From Pseudomonadota bacterium (lineage in GTDB: Bacteria; Pseudomonadota; Gammaproteobacteria; Pseudomonadales; UBA6940), in the NCBI GenBank assembly GCA_040386355.1, contig JAZKFP010000050.1:1-58860 (forward strand): 58,860 nucleotides of DNA. The letters run 5' to 3'. Below the pieces are notes generated by a model that had not been told where the DNA came from, ran no database searches, and saw only the letters and a list, made by a program, of their open reading frames with translations. The number at the start of each line of letters is the position of its first letter. The first letter of the stretch is position 1. The position numbers and the translations under genes were made by a program. This document shows positions 1 to 9,423 of the stretch, in pieces.

Positions 1-431
1 AATTAATTTCTATTCCTTGGATTGATGATCAGCTTGTAGTATTTTGTGCACCGGATCATCCATGGGCAGGTAAACCTTGGTTGACCGATGAAGACATTTT
101 GGAAATCGATTGGATTTTACGCGAACCTGGTTCTGGAACACGCCAAACTTTTGATCGCTCTATGCACGGGTTAGTTGCGCGGTTAAAACCACCATTAGAA
201 CTTCAACACACCGAAGCTATTAAACGGGCAGTTGAAGCTGGATTAGGATTTGGATGTTTATCGACCTTATCTGTTAAAGATGCGTTTATTCGTGGAACAT
301 TAGTGCCAATTCCAGTGCCCCAACGTCCACTTGATAGACAATTTTACTTAGTTTTGCATCGACAAAAATTTCGTAGCCGTGCAATACAGAAGTGGATAGA
401 ATTTTGCGGAGAACATGCCGTTATAGATTAA
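1..431 (+). CDS. LysR-family transcriptional regulator, C-terminal effector-binding part (5' end outside window)
   Basis: Frame of ORF 81..431 stays open back to base 3. ILREPGSGTR motif and overall pattern are typical of LysR substrate-binding domains. Confidence 0.7.
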   Translation, partial: LISIPWIDDQLVVFCAPDHPWAGKPWLTDEDILEIDWILREPGSGTRQTFDRSMHGLVARLKPPLELQHTEAIKRAVEAGLGFGCLSTLSVKDAFIRGTLVPIPVPQRPLDRQFYLVLHRQKFRSRAIQKWIEFCGEHAVID

Positions 432-452
432 AATTTATTTCTAAAATAACAG

Positions 453-477
453 ATGTTCAAAAAATATTTTTGAACAT
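453..477 (+). terminator. AT-rich hairpin downstream of the LysR gene (possible weak terminator)
   Basis: atgttcaaaaa-ata-tttttgaacat: perfect 11-bp inverted repeat with a 3-nt loop, 22 nt after the stop codon. Confidence 0.3.
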
Positions 478-501
478 TCCTAATTTATAAAGTAGAAGTA
501 T

Positions 502-1188
502 TTGACTATGGTACATCGACTACATAACCTTGAAACAAACCGAGAGACTTTTTCTCCCCTCGCAATAAATCAAAGCTTATTTCATCAAACTCAATCCATT
601 CCTTTTCACAGATTCATTTCTAAACTTGACTATTCAATGAAGTCTTGTCTTCGCTCAATTACTAAAACAAATTTTATATATTATATTGAAAAAGCATCTA
701 ATTTTGTTGAACAAGCAACAGCATTTACTGTAATAAAATACCCATATATACATTATTTTTATCAAAATAACATGGAAATTCTTCAACCAAACAATACACC
801 ATTAAATGCAATGAACGATACAATTTTTCAAAATACAATTGAATGTTTCACAACTCAACGTCAAACTATATTCGATTTAACTAACCCAAACACGATGGGA
901 CGTTTTTTTCATTATATTGTTTTTAATGAAAATATTTCTGATACTCGTAAAGAGCTCATCCTCTTTCAATTAGCCAGAATATTAAATGAAAACCAATTTT
1001 TTATAGATATTGAAGATATTGAAGATATCTCAATGAATAACAATACTATTCATGCCATCGAAAAATATAAATTTAAATACATCCAAATTCAAACTAACTG
1101 TCAATACATGATCGATAAAATTCAAGAGATGTCACATATTGAGCAATTACACGACATGGCCTATTTCACTGCTGCTTTTTCTCATTGA
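502..1188 (+). CDS. hypothetical protein (N/Q/I-rich, no recognisable motif)
   Basis: 228-codon ORF in very AT-rich DNA. Its 3' end overlaps the convergent 1147..3045 ORF by 42 nt. Confidence 0.4.
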   Translation: MTMVHRLHNLETNRETFSPLAINQSLFHQTQSIPFHRFISKLDYSMKSCLRSITKTNFIYYIEKASNFVEQATAFTVIKYPYIHYFYQNNMEILQPNNTPLNAMNDTIFQNTIECFTTQRQTIFDLTNPNTMGRFFHYIVFNENISDTRKELILFQLARILNENQFFIDIEDIEDISMNNNTIHAIEKYKFKYIQIQTNCQYMIDKIQEMSHIEQLHDMAYFTAAFSH

Positions 1189-3045
1189 TTCATATGTATT
1201 TGGATTAATGGTAGACTCGATCGATGATTTTAAACCATTTAACTTAATTTGCTCTTGAAGCCAGGCGTTAGGAGCAAAAGCTTCTGCACTGACTTTGTCG
1301 TGAGCAAAAACATTTCTATCTGGATTTTCAATTGATGCAAGCGCAAACTCTCTTAAATCCTTTGTGAAATGGCGCGCAGCAGCTAACTGTTCAGGAATAA
1401 TCGGATCAAAACTTTCAAATATGTTTCCATGAAAATTTTTAGCAATCCAATCTGATTTAAAACTTTCAAACGTATCATGAACTGTTGCAACTTCTTCTTT
1501 ATTAAAATAAATTCTTTTGTTATCTTCAATTGAAGTTTTTGATTTATGATTCGTTTTAATCATCACAGATTCCACAGTAGGAAAAGATTCTTTTTTAAGT
1601 CTTGAACCAAGCCAATAAGTTGACCAATCTGATTTTGATTGAAATGAGATACTTTTTAAGTTTCCTTCGAATGGTAATGGTTCTTCTCGATAATGAAGCT
1701 TTTGATATTTAAATTCGCTTTGGATTACATGATCATTAGTTAAATCAACCTCATCAAAACCTAAAACAATTGGAACACACTGATAACTTAACACCGAGGT
1801 TAATGATAATTCTTTCAAATAAATTGGATTTAAAAGATATTCAATATTATTTAAAAGAACATTTTTAAATTTTTCAATTATATATTCTGGAATTTTAAAA
1901 AATCCTAACTGGTCTGTACTCTTATTACCAAATTCAATTAATTTGATGGAAAAATAACTTCTCGGTAAAATAAATTTAATTTCTGGAGCACCTGTTAAAG
2001 AAGGTAAATTTAAGACTCTAAAGCCATCCCATAAAAATCTATTACATAATTCACCTAAAGCTAATTCTTTTTTTTTGGATAAATTACCTATAAGATTTTC
2101 ATCTTTCCCTGTAAGAATGGCTTCATTTTCATCAAAGCCAGCCTCAAAAATTAAATTTTTAATTTCCTCAATTTGAACTTTTCTAACTTCTGGATTTTCA
2201 TCTAATTTGACGCGGACATAAGTTGCATCATTTAAATCTTTAATAATTACATTTTCTAATATTTTCTGAGCACCCCCTTGGTAAGATTTTTCTAGTTTTT
2301 CCATTAAATCAATTAGATTTATAGGATGATTTATTGATAGAGGAGAATAATTAAACGCATATTTTGCCGCATGTTTGTACGGAGAAACAAAATAGCTTGG
2401 ACCTTTATCTTTAAGGGAAGCTATAAAAACCATTCCCTCTTTAGATTGATAGCCACCTTTCGGAGCATGCAACCCTCCTCTTAAACCATTATTTATTAGC
2501 CAATTACTACCGTGTTGAAATTTTGATTTTTGTACGCCTTTCTCCGCCGTAGGATTACGTGATTGATATATGATATTTTGAATTTCTTTACGCTCATCAG
2601 GAGAAAAATTATTAGATGCCAACCATTCAGGCAAAGATTGCTCGGTGTTGGTCGACAGATTTAAGATTTTTAGTTTTCCTCGAGCGCCTTCAAACCATAG
2701 TTTTTCTAAAGTTCGGGTTGTAGTCTTAAAATCCATTTCACAGTTTTTATAGGCTTGTAATGCTTTAAAGACAATACTATCTAATCTTTTTGATAATTCA
2801 GAGCCTGGCAACTCTGGGTTTAGGCTTTCTAACGTATTAGAAGCAGGAACAATACTTTCAAGATGGTTGGAGCTATTCGGTAAATTTAATGATCTATCTT
2901 CTTCAATATTTGAAGAACTTTTTAAAACTACATCGATTGATCTACAACAGGATAATCTACTAAAAAGACTTGAAACTCTATTTTTTGGACTAGTAGTGCT
3001 TGTAAAATGTACCCGATTAGAGGACGTTAAAAACGACAAAACCAT
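1147..3045 (-). CDS. large hypothetical protein with Ser-rich, low-complexity N-terminus
   Basis: 632-codon uninterrupted ORF in AT-rich DNA, where long ORFs rarely occur by chance. No catalytic motif recognised. Confidence 0.6.
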   Translation of the reverse strand: MVLSFLTSSNRVHFTSTTSPKNRVSSLFSRLSCCRSIDVVLKSSSNIEEDRSLNLPNSSNHLESIVPASNTLESLNPELPGSELSKRLDSIVFKALQAYKNCEMDFKTTTRTLEKLWFEGARGKLKILNLSTNTEQSLPEWLASNNFSPDERKEIQNIIYQSRNPTAEKGVQKSKFQHGSNWLINNGLRGGLHAPKGGYQSKEGMVFIASLKDKGPSYFVSPYKHAAKYAFNYSPLSINHPINLIDLMEKLEKSYQGGAQKILENVIIKDLNDATYVRVKLDENPEVRKVQIEEIKNLIFEAGFDENEAILTGKDENLIGNLSKKKELALGELCNRFLWDGFRVLNLPSLTGAPEIKFILPRSYFSIKLIEFGNKSTDQLGFFKIPEYIIEKFKNVLLNNIEYLLNPIYLKELSLTSVLSYQCVPIVLGFDEVDLTNDHVIQSEFKYQKLHYREEPLPFEGNLKSISFQSKSDWSTYWLGSRLKKESFPTVESVMIKTNHKSKTSIEDNKRIYFNKEEVATVHDTFESFKSDWIAKNFHGNIFESFDPIIPEQLAAARHFTKDLREFALASIENPDRNVFAHDKVSAEAFAPNAWLQEQIKLNGLKSSIESTINPNTYESMRKSSSEIGHVV

Positions 3046-3320
3046 TCCTCTCTCCCAAATTTTAAAATTAATCTTTTTATTGTTGTTTAAGGTTATTGCT
3101 CTTATAGTATTGAAACTGAATTTATAATAAATACTTCTATAAGTTGCTATAACTTTTGATAAGTTTTTTCCGCAAAGTTTTCATGTGTTTGCAAGCTGCT
3201 ATTTATAATGATTTTTTTAAAAGTTATCTATTCATAAATGTAAAACCTATTAGGCTAACAGTTAGCTTACGTAACTATCTACTTTAGCTTTAACATTGGA
3301 TAGAAGATTGGGAGAGACGA

Positions 3321-3872
3321 ATGAAATTTCTGGCCTGCTTTAAAAAACAACCTTTAGTTAAAAACTGCCCCTTAAACCAACCTTCTTCATCTCACGACTT
3401 TTTTAAAGTCGAACACTTAAAATTAATAGAAAAAACAGATCAATCAAGTGACCGTACATTAGGATTAGGACTTTCTTCTCACGAGCTAAACTTAAAAAGT
3501 GTTGCTTCAACAAACAATGTTAATAAAGCTAATACATATTTTTCCCATTTAGAATCATTGAAAAATCGATTAGCGGATAGAAGATTTCATCTCAACATAG
3601 AAAACCCTGAAATTTTATACTTGCATGATAATTATGCGTTTGAACAATTAAGTAAAAACGAACAAAGGGATTTTCCAAAACGGAAAATGGACTTGGATCT
3701 CTTAGCGGAATATCGACATCTAATTAATGATTTTGCATCTGAGTTTGTTGATTTAGTTCAACCTGAAAATATTAAGAAAAACTTTGAATTGCTTGAAGAG
3801 AAAATTCTAAGAAAACATCAAAGTTATCAAATAAAATTAGAGTTAACCAGTAGAATTTATTTAAAAGACTAG
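3321..3872 (+). CDS. hypothetical protein
   Basis: 183-codon ORF transcribed divergently from 1147..3045. GGAGAG lies upstream of the ATG, and the stop sits 2 nt before the left att repeat. Confidence 0.5.
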   Translation: MKFLACFKKQPLVKNCPLNQPSSSHDFFKVEHLKLIEKTDQSSDRTLGLGLSSHELNLKSVASTNNVNKANTYFSHLESLKNRLADRRFHLNIENPEILYLHDNYAFEQLSKNEQRDFPKRKMDLDLLAEYRHLINDFASEFVDLVQPENIKKNFELLEEKILRKHQSYQIKLELTSRIYLKD

Positions 3873-3874
3873 TT

Positions 3875-3887
3875 GAATGGTGGAGCT
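3875..3887. repeat. left att repeat (degenerate copy of the tRNA-Ala 3' end)
   Basis: GAATGGTGGAGCT is identical to 31892-31904. Partial similarity continues: TAAGGGAGAT here versus AAGCGGGAT at the tRNA. Confidence 0.6.
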
Positions 3888-4015
3888 TAAGGGAGATTTG
3901 TCACATCAATTATTTGATGTTTTTAACGAATGGAGTGCCATTTTAAAAGACGTTTTACCTGATCCGTTTCCCAGCCCCTGACATTTATTTAAACCCCGCA
4001 TACGTTTTATTTTAT

Positions 4016-4044
4016 CGTGCCGCTTAATTCAAATGAGCGGCACG
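4016..4044 (+). promoter_or_regulatory. candidate oriT inverted repeat upstream of mobC
   Basis: CGTGCCGCT-N11-AGCGGCACG, a perfect 9-bp inverted repeat, followed by CTTATTTTGTCCCGC. Two CCCGCAT motifs flank it. Its position directly 5' of mobC-relaxase is typical of oriT. Confidence 0.35.
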
Positions 4045-4155
4045 CTTATTTTGTCCCGCATTTATTCGTTTCAATAAATCACAATACATTATGACGATAG
4101 TTTCCCAAAAAACTATTGGGACCAAGCGTATGCTTTTTTAAAAAGGAGTTCGCTC

Positions 4156-4527
4156 ATGCCTAACAGTAAAAAACATTGCAATGCCCCATTTTCTTTTCGC
4201 TTAAGCCCACAAGAGTGGGCGCAATTAGATCATGATTGCGCCGATTTATCCCGTAGCGAATACGTTCGCCGGTGTTTATTTGGTCAAAGTCTTGTGAAAA
4301 GAAAAAAGCTACGGAAAGCGCCGACTATGGATGAAAAAATTGCAGCTCAGATATTAGGTAAACTGGCCCAAACACGTTATGCCAATAATTTAAATCAAAT
4401 GGCTTAATCTGCAAATATTGGCGCATTAATTATGACACCTGAAACCGAGGCCGCTATTTTAGAGGCTTGCGCCAATATTCACGCTATAAAATCTTTGTTA
4501 AGCCAGACCACTGGTTCCGACTCTTAA
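4156..4527 (+). pseudogene. mobC: MobC-type relaxosome accessory protein interrupted by an in-frame TAA
   Basis: FRLSPQEWAQLD...SRSEYVRRCLFG and NNLNQMA match the MobC pattern. TAA at 4405-4407 is in frame. The same frame continues SANIGALIMTPETEAAILEACANIHAIKSLL to a stop at 4525-4527, just before the relaxase ATG. Confidence 0.65.
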
Positions 4528-4531
4528 AAAT

Positions 4532-5815
4532 ATGTTGTTAAAAGCATCTCAACGTGGCGGCGCAGATAAACTGGCTGCGCATTTATTAAATGAAAAAGAT
4601 AATGAGCATATAGAAATTTACGAAATAAATGGATTTATTGCCGAAAATCTGCGCGATGCATTGCAAGAAATTTCGATGATCGCGCAAGGCACACGATGTA
4701 AACAATATTTATTTTCAATAAGCTTAAATCCTCCAGAAAATGAAAACGTGCCGGTGACTACGTTTGAAGATGCAATAGACCGTATAGAAAAAAAGCTTGG
4801 TTTAGAGGGCCAGCCGCGTGCAATTGTTTTTCATGAAAAAAATGCTCGCCGTCATGCGCATTGCGTATGGTCGCGCATTGATGTGGATGAAATGACGGCG
4901 ATTAATCTGCCATTTTATAAAACCAGATTGATGGAAGTTTCAAAAGAATTATATCTGGAACATGGCTGGAATTTACCACCAGGATTTATTAATCGAGAGC
5001 AACGCAACCCACTGAATTTCAGCCGTGAACAATGGCAACAAGCCAAACGGTTGGGTGATAGTCCCGAAACTATCAAAACCATACTTAAAGAATGCTGGGC
5101 GGTTTCGCATGACAAAGCGTGTTTTATGAAAGCTTTAGATGACAAAGGGTATTACCTGGCGCAAGGTGACCGGCGCGGCTATGTCGCTGTCGATTGGCGC
5201 GGTGAATGCTATTCCCTTTCGCGCTGGCTGGGCGTTAAGACTAAAGATTTAAAACATCGCCTGGGTGAACCTGAAAAACTGCCTGCCGTTGCGCAAATCA
5301 AAACACAGATTGATCAAACCATGCGCCAGCGGGTTCAAAATTTCGTGCAAGACATTAAGGCCAAATATGACCGCCGCCGGACCCCATTTGAATCACAAAA
5401 ATCAGGCATGAAAGATCGTCATCGTCATGAACGTAAAGATTTACTCCATAAACAAAAAGAGCGCTGGAATACCGAAGCTATAGAGCGGCAAGCTCGAATA
5501 ACCAAGGGTTTGCGGGGATTTTGGGATCGCATTATCGGCAACCATGCCAAGACTCTAAAAAATAATGAGCGTGAGCGTGAAAATGCCATTTGCCGTGACA
5601 GACAGGAAAAAGAGACGTTGATTTTACGCCAACTTCAAGAACGTCGCGGTTTACAGCAAAGCTTTAAGCATCACAACAACCAATATCATAAAGAATTACA
5701 GACTTTAAAAGAGATGCTTTTTTCAAAAATGCCGGAAGAACATATTCATACATTAACGCAGGAATTTAAAACCCCCTACCCTACGCGCGATCGTAGTTTC
5801 AGTTTTAATAGGTGA
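4532..5815 (+). CDS. relaxase/mobilization nuclease (MobA/VirD2 family)
   Basis: N-terminal MLLKASQRGGADKLAAHLLN, His-triad-like HEKNARRHAHCVWSRID, and a long charged coiled C-terminus. Located directly downstream of mobC. Confidence 0.85.
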   Translation: MLLKASQRGGADKLAAHLLNEKDNEHIEIYEINGFIAENLRDALQEISMIAQGTRCKQYLFSISLNPPENENVPVTTFEDAIDRIEKKLGLEGQPRAIVFHEKNARRHAHCVWSRIDVDEMTAINLPFYKTRLMEVSKELYLEHGWNLPPGFINREQRNPLNFSREQWQQAKRLGDSPETIKTILKECWAVSHDKACFMKALDDKGYYLAQGDRRGYVAVDWRGECYSLSRWLGVKTKDLKHRLGEPEKLPAVAQIKTQIDQTMRQRVQNFVQDIKAKYDRRRTPFESQKSGMKDRHRHERKDLLHKQKERWNTEAIERQARITKGLRGFWDRIIGNHAKTLKNNERERENAICRDRQEKETLILRQLQERRGLQQSFKHHNNQYHKELQTLKEMLFSKMPEEHIHTLTQEFKTPYPTRDRSFSFNR

Positions 5816-5889
5816 TTGTTATGAAAGCATCGATTGACGATGCTTGAAATATAACACATAGTGTGATACATTTAAAAATAGGAGTGCCG

Positions 5890-6297
5890 GTGAAAAACTA
5901 TAAAAACAGGCCAAGAATATTTAAAAACGCTTGGTTTACGCGGTTTGCGGTGAAAGAGAAGATATCCGATGCTCAATTATTAGAGGCCGTTGAGCGTGCT
6001 GAAAAAGGATTAATCGATGCCGATTTAGGCGGACATATTATCAAACAGCGCATTGCCAGGCCGGGGCAAGGAAAATCCGGTGGTTACCGCAGTATTATCA
6101 TTTATAAACAAGGCGACAAAGCTTTTTTTGTATATGGATTTGCAAAGAATGAACGTGACAATCTGGACCGCCAGGAAACAGAAACCTACAAAAAAGCAGC
6201 CAAGGAATTGTTAGCCTTGTCTGACGCACAGATTAAAAAATTGATTGAGAAACACGCATTAATTGAGGTGAAGTATGAGCAACAAGAAGAAATATAA
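5890..6297 (+). CDS. type II toxin, HigB-2/RelE-like (COG4737-type)
   Basis: GQGKSGGYRSIIIYKQGDKAFFVYGFAKNERDNL matches the HigB-2 family core. GTG at 5890 is preceded by GGAG (5881-5884). Overlaps the downstream HTH gene. Confidence 0.75.
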   Translation: MKNYKNRPRIFKNAWFTRFAVKEKISDAQLLEAVERAEKGLIDADLGGHIIKQRIARPGQGKSGGYRSIIIYKQGDKAFFVYGFAKNERDNLDRQETETYKKAAKELLALSDAQIKKLIEKHALIEVKYEQQEEI

Positions 6298-6598
6298 ATC
6301 TGAAGCCTTTGCCGCTATTCATGAAACCATGCAAGCGTTGCATGACACCGGCGCAATGGATAAAAAAACCATGCGCAGCTTTGATGTGGAATGCCTTGAA
6401 ATCAATTCCGATATAAAACCGCAGGACATATTGGCGCTGCGTGAGCGTGAAAATGTGTCACAACCGGTTTTCGCCCGTTATTTAAATGTTTCAAAAAATC
6501 TTGTCTCCGATTGGGAACGCGGCGTTAAAAAACCTGGTGGCCCTGCCCTACGATTATTAGGCCTCATTCAAAAAAAAGGCCTGGATGCGATGCTATAG
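6275..6598 (+). CDS. HTH (XRE-type) antitoxin, HigA-2-like partner
   Basis: LRERENVSQPVFARYLNVSKNLVSDWERGVKKPGGPALRLL is the typical HTH of antitoxins paired with COG4737 toxins. Overlaps the toxin gene by 23 nt. Confidence 0.8.
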   Translation: MSNKKKYKSEAFAAIHETMQALHDTGAMDKKTMRSFDVECLEINSDIKPQDILALRERENVSQPVFARYLNVSKNLVSDWERGVKKPGGPALRLLGLIQKKGLDAML

Positions 6599-6791
6599 AG
6601 CATTATTAAAAATTCGATTGTAAATATACATAACATGAATTAAGTTACTTACCTGTCCAGTCATATTGTGCATCAAATAGCATTTTTAGATGTTTATTTA
6701 GCATTATCTTTGCAAAAAATCTGTTTAAGAGCTTGTTTTTGACTTTTACAAAAAACTTTTGACGCTCCTTTCACAAAAACGGTATGCACTT

Positions 6792-9383
6792 ATGATAAGG
6801 ATTATTATATTTTGCGGAAGTTTGCTTTTATCCGGTTTTATCTACGCAAAATCTTTCAACCTCTACCTTTATATCCCCTCAGGAAGTACCGCCTCTACCA
6901 GTTTCTTCGAACGTAATATTTTTTATACACGCTGCGATGTACAAATTGGTGAGGATGAGGAAACAAGATTTCCGGCGAATAGCTTTATTAACGTCACTTC
7001 CTCTGAATTTAAAAAAATTTATTGTGAATTTCCTGGGCGTGATACCACTTATGAATTTAAATATGGTCGTGATGTTATTAATCCAGATTTTTGGGCAGGA
7101 ACAAATATTAAAAATAGTGAATTTGGGCTTCTTTTTGATGGAACAGGAAATCCATTTAGATTTGATTCACCGCACGTTTATAGTGAATCTAGCCCTTATT
7201 ACGGATGGTGGGATACTCCTGTTTCAGGAAGTTTTGGTTTCAGCACTCATTCTTATTGGGGGCCTTACATTAATGATGCTTGGCAAATTCCCGCTGCAAT
7301 TTTACTAAAACCGGCAAAAATCCGCGGCACAGAAAGATCGCGTGGATATATTACCAGTGCATCTTATATCCCAGAAGGAGCAGAAGCAGCATTATTAAAT
7401 GGTAGATTTTATTTTTACGAACAAAATTATCGTGATGATAACTCTAAAATTATTAAACCCTTACGATTGTCTGGTTATTACAGTTTTGACGAAAAATTAT
7501 CTCCAGTAAAAGTTCGAGTTACACAAGCGGTATTCCAGGAAGGCGATGACCCGATACGTCTGGTTCATATGAGAACTACTGCGGTTATAGTGGATAAAAC
7601 GGAAAACTTAAGCAATAAGCAAGCTACCGTGAAAATTCTTGATATTACTACCGGTACAGAAAACCCGCCGATTATATTTCAAACAACTGAAGTGAATGCA
7701 AAACCTGGTGAAAATCCTTTGCAGAAGATTTTTTACTGTAATGAAAGCAATAAATTCTGTAATTTAAATAAAGATAAGAAGTATGAAATTTTAATTGGTT
7801 TTGGCGATGGTTTTTCTGAAATCTCTAAAACCGTGACGGTGAAAGAAACAAACATGCTGGAATTATTTTTTGTTCCAATAATTACTCCTGATAGAATTCA
7901 AGAATCAATTTTAAGGGATAAACCATTCATTGAATTATATGTTGCAAATGCTAATCGTTTTATACAACAAGTTTATCCTTTATCTGATAAAGGTTTAACT
8001 CTTGTATCAAAATATTCTGACGTTAGACATCCTGAATCAGTCAAAGACCCAATTAAGGGATCTGAAACATATTGTGATTATAAATCTTGGTTTTTTGATC
8101 GTTCTGCTGATGTTTTCATTTGTGACATCTCTAAAGTTGATAGATTAAAAAATAAAACAAAATCTGTGTTTCAAAGAGGTATTGGTTTGGTTAACCCTTT
8201 CTATTTCGAAAATTTGGGATTAGGGAATGTTACTGGAATAAGAAACAAAAATTATAAATCTGCTTTAGTTGAGTTCATACCATCTGAAACAACTGGAACA
8301 GCCGGATTAACGGTAGTGACAGCTCATGAACTTGGACATACCTTCGGTCTTCCTGGCGTAAAAAACAATATCAATTTCAATGAAGAATATAATCAAGACC
8401 CTGATACAAAAGAAGTTATTTCTAGCCGAGCAGATTTAGTTAAAGCTAATGGTTTTAATGTTTACAGCGGAGCATTTAAGACTGATAAAATAAATTTTAT
8501 GAGTGATGCCAGCTATCCTAGCAGTAGCTATTGGGTAAGTAATACTACTTGGGTAAAATTACAAGAAAATCTATCTCTTGAAAAAGATGACCCAAAGCTT
8601 ATTTATGTTACATTCATGCTCACTAAAACTGACAAAGTTTATCCAATGCACTGGCATACGATGGATGGGTTTGATTCAGAACATGATAAAGGCGTATATG
8701 AAATTGTTACTATCGATGCAGGAGGTAATGACATTGAAAGTTACAAATTCGATCCTGAATTTGTTTGGGAAGTAGAGGGCGCAGACAATATTATTACTGA
8801 TAAAACTGTGATTTCAAAAAATATTTTATTAAGTGATGATGTTAGATTGATCGAAATTAGAAAGAAAAATGTTGGTTCAATTTTTTCAGTTAATCCTGAA
8901 GTTAAAATATTGGAAGATTATTCAGTCGAAATTATTGAGCAGTGCAACATTAACACTTATCAAAAATCAATTATAGAATCAGGAATTCATTCTATAGTCG
9001 CCAATATTATAAATAAGAGTTTTAATAAAAAAGATTTAATTAAGCTTAGGGAAATTGGTACTATTTATGCCAGCTTGAATAGTAAAGATTGTGATTTATC
9101 ATCCAGTTATTTTCGCACTCCACAAGAGATATCACTATCGGTTTTTGAACAATTAGATCGTTTAAATAAAATATTTGAAGCTGATTACTCAGCGCATGTC
9201 GGTGATTTTGATAAGGACGGAGATGTAGATCAAAACGATTTAAATATACTTATGACCTCACGTAACAAACCGGTAAATGAAGAAAATAATTCAATGGATT
9301 TGGATGGAGACGGCATGATAACTGGACTTGATGCTAGAAAACTAACTCAAATCTGCACCCGTGCTAGATGCGCTTTCAATTGA
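6792..9383 (+). CDS. secreted zinc metalloprotease with C-terminal dockerin-like double Ca-binding repeat
   Basis: Signal-peptide-like MIRIIIFCGSLLLSGFIYA. HELGH zincin motif at 8325-8339. The C-terminus (9195-9380) reads GDFDKDGDVDQNDLNILM...DLDGDGMITGLDARKL, a dockerin type I pattern. Confidence 0.7.
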   Translation: MIRIIIFCGSLLLSGFIYAKSFNLYLYIPSGSTASTSFFERNIFYTRCDVQIGEDEETRFPANSFINVTSSEFKKIYCEFPGRDTTYEFKYGRDVINPDFWAGTNIKNSEFGLLFDGTGNPFRFDSPHVYSESSPYYGWWDTPVSGSFGFSTHSYWGPYINDAWQIPAAILLKPAKIRGTERSRGYITSASYIPEGAEAALLNGRFYFYEQNYRDDNSKIIKPLRLSGYYSFDEKLSPVKVRVTQAVFQEGDDPIRLVHMRTTAVIVDKTENLSNKQATVKILDITTGTENPPIIFQTTEVNAKPGENPLQKIFYCNESNKFCNLNKDKKYEILIGFGDGFSEISKTVTVKETNMLELFFVPIITPDRIQESILRDKPFIELYVANANRFIQQVYPLSDKGLTLVSKYSDVRHPESVKDPIKGSETYCDYKSWFFDRSADVFICDISKVDRLKNKTKSVFQRGIGLVNPFYFENLGLGNVTGIRNKNYKSALVEFIPSETTGTAGLTVVTAHELGHTFGLPGVKNNINFNEEYNQDPDTKEVISSRADLVKANGFNVYSGAFKTDKINFMSDASYPSSSYWVSNTTWVKLQENLSLEKDDPKLIYVTFMLTKTDKVYPMHWHTMDGFDSEHDKGVYEIVTIDAGGNDIESYKFDPEFVWEVEGADNIITDKTVISKNILLSDDVRLIEIRKKNVGSIFSVNPEVKILEDYSVEIIEQCNINTYQKSIIESGIHSIVANIINKSFNKKDLIKLREIGTIYASLNSKDCDLSSSYFRTPQEISLSVFEQLDRLNKIFEADYSAHVGDFDKDGDVDQNDLNILMTSRNKPVNEENNSMDLDGDGMITGLDARKLTQICTRARCAFN

Positions 9384-9423
9384 AGTAGTAGCAGTTGTCT
9401 TAAATTTTTGATGAGATAATTTT

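Noticed and set aside
6937-7308. 123-codon ORF in an alternative frame inside the metalloprotease gene, and similar internal ORFs (8578..8775, 9342..9524)
   Set aside because: They are nested in a longer ORF that has a signal peptide, an HELGH motif and a dockerin, and their translations are of low quality.
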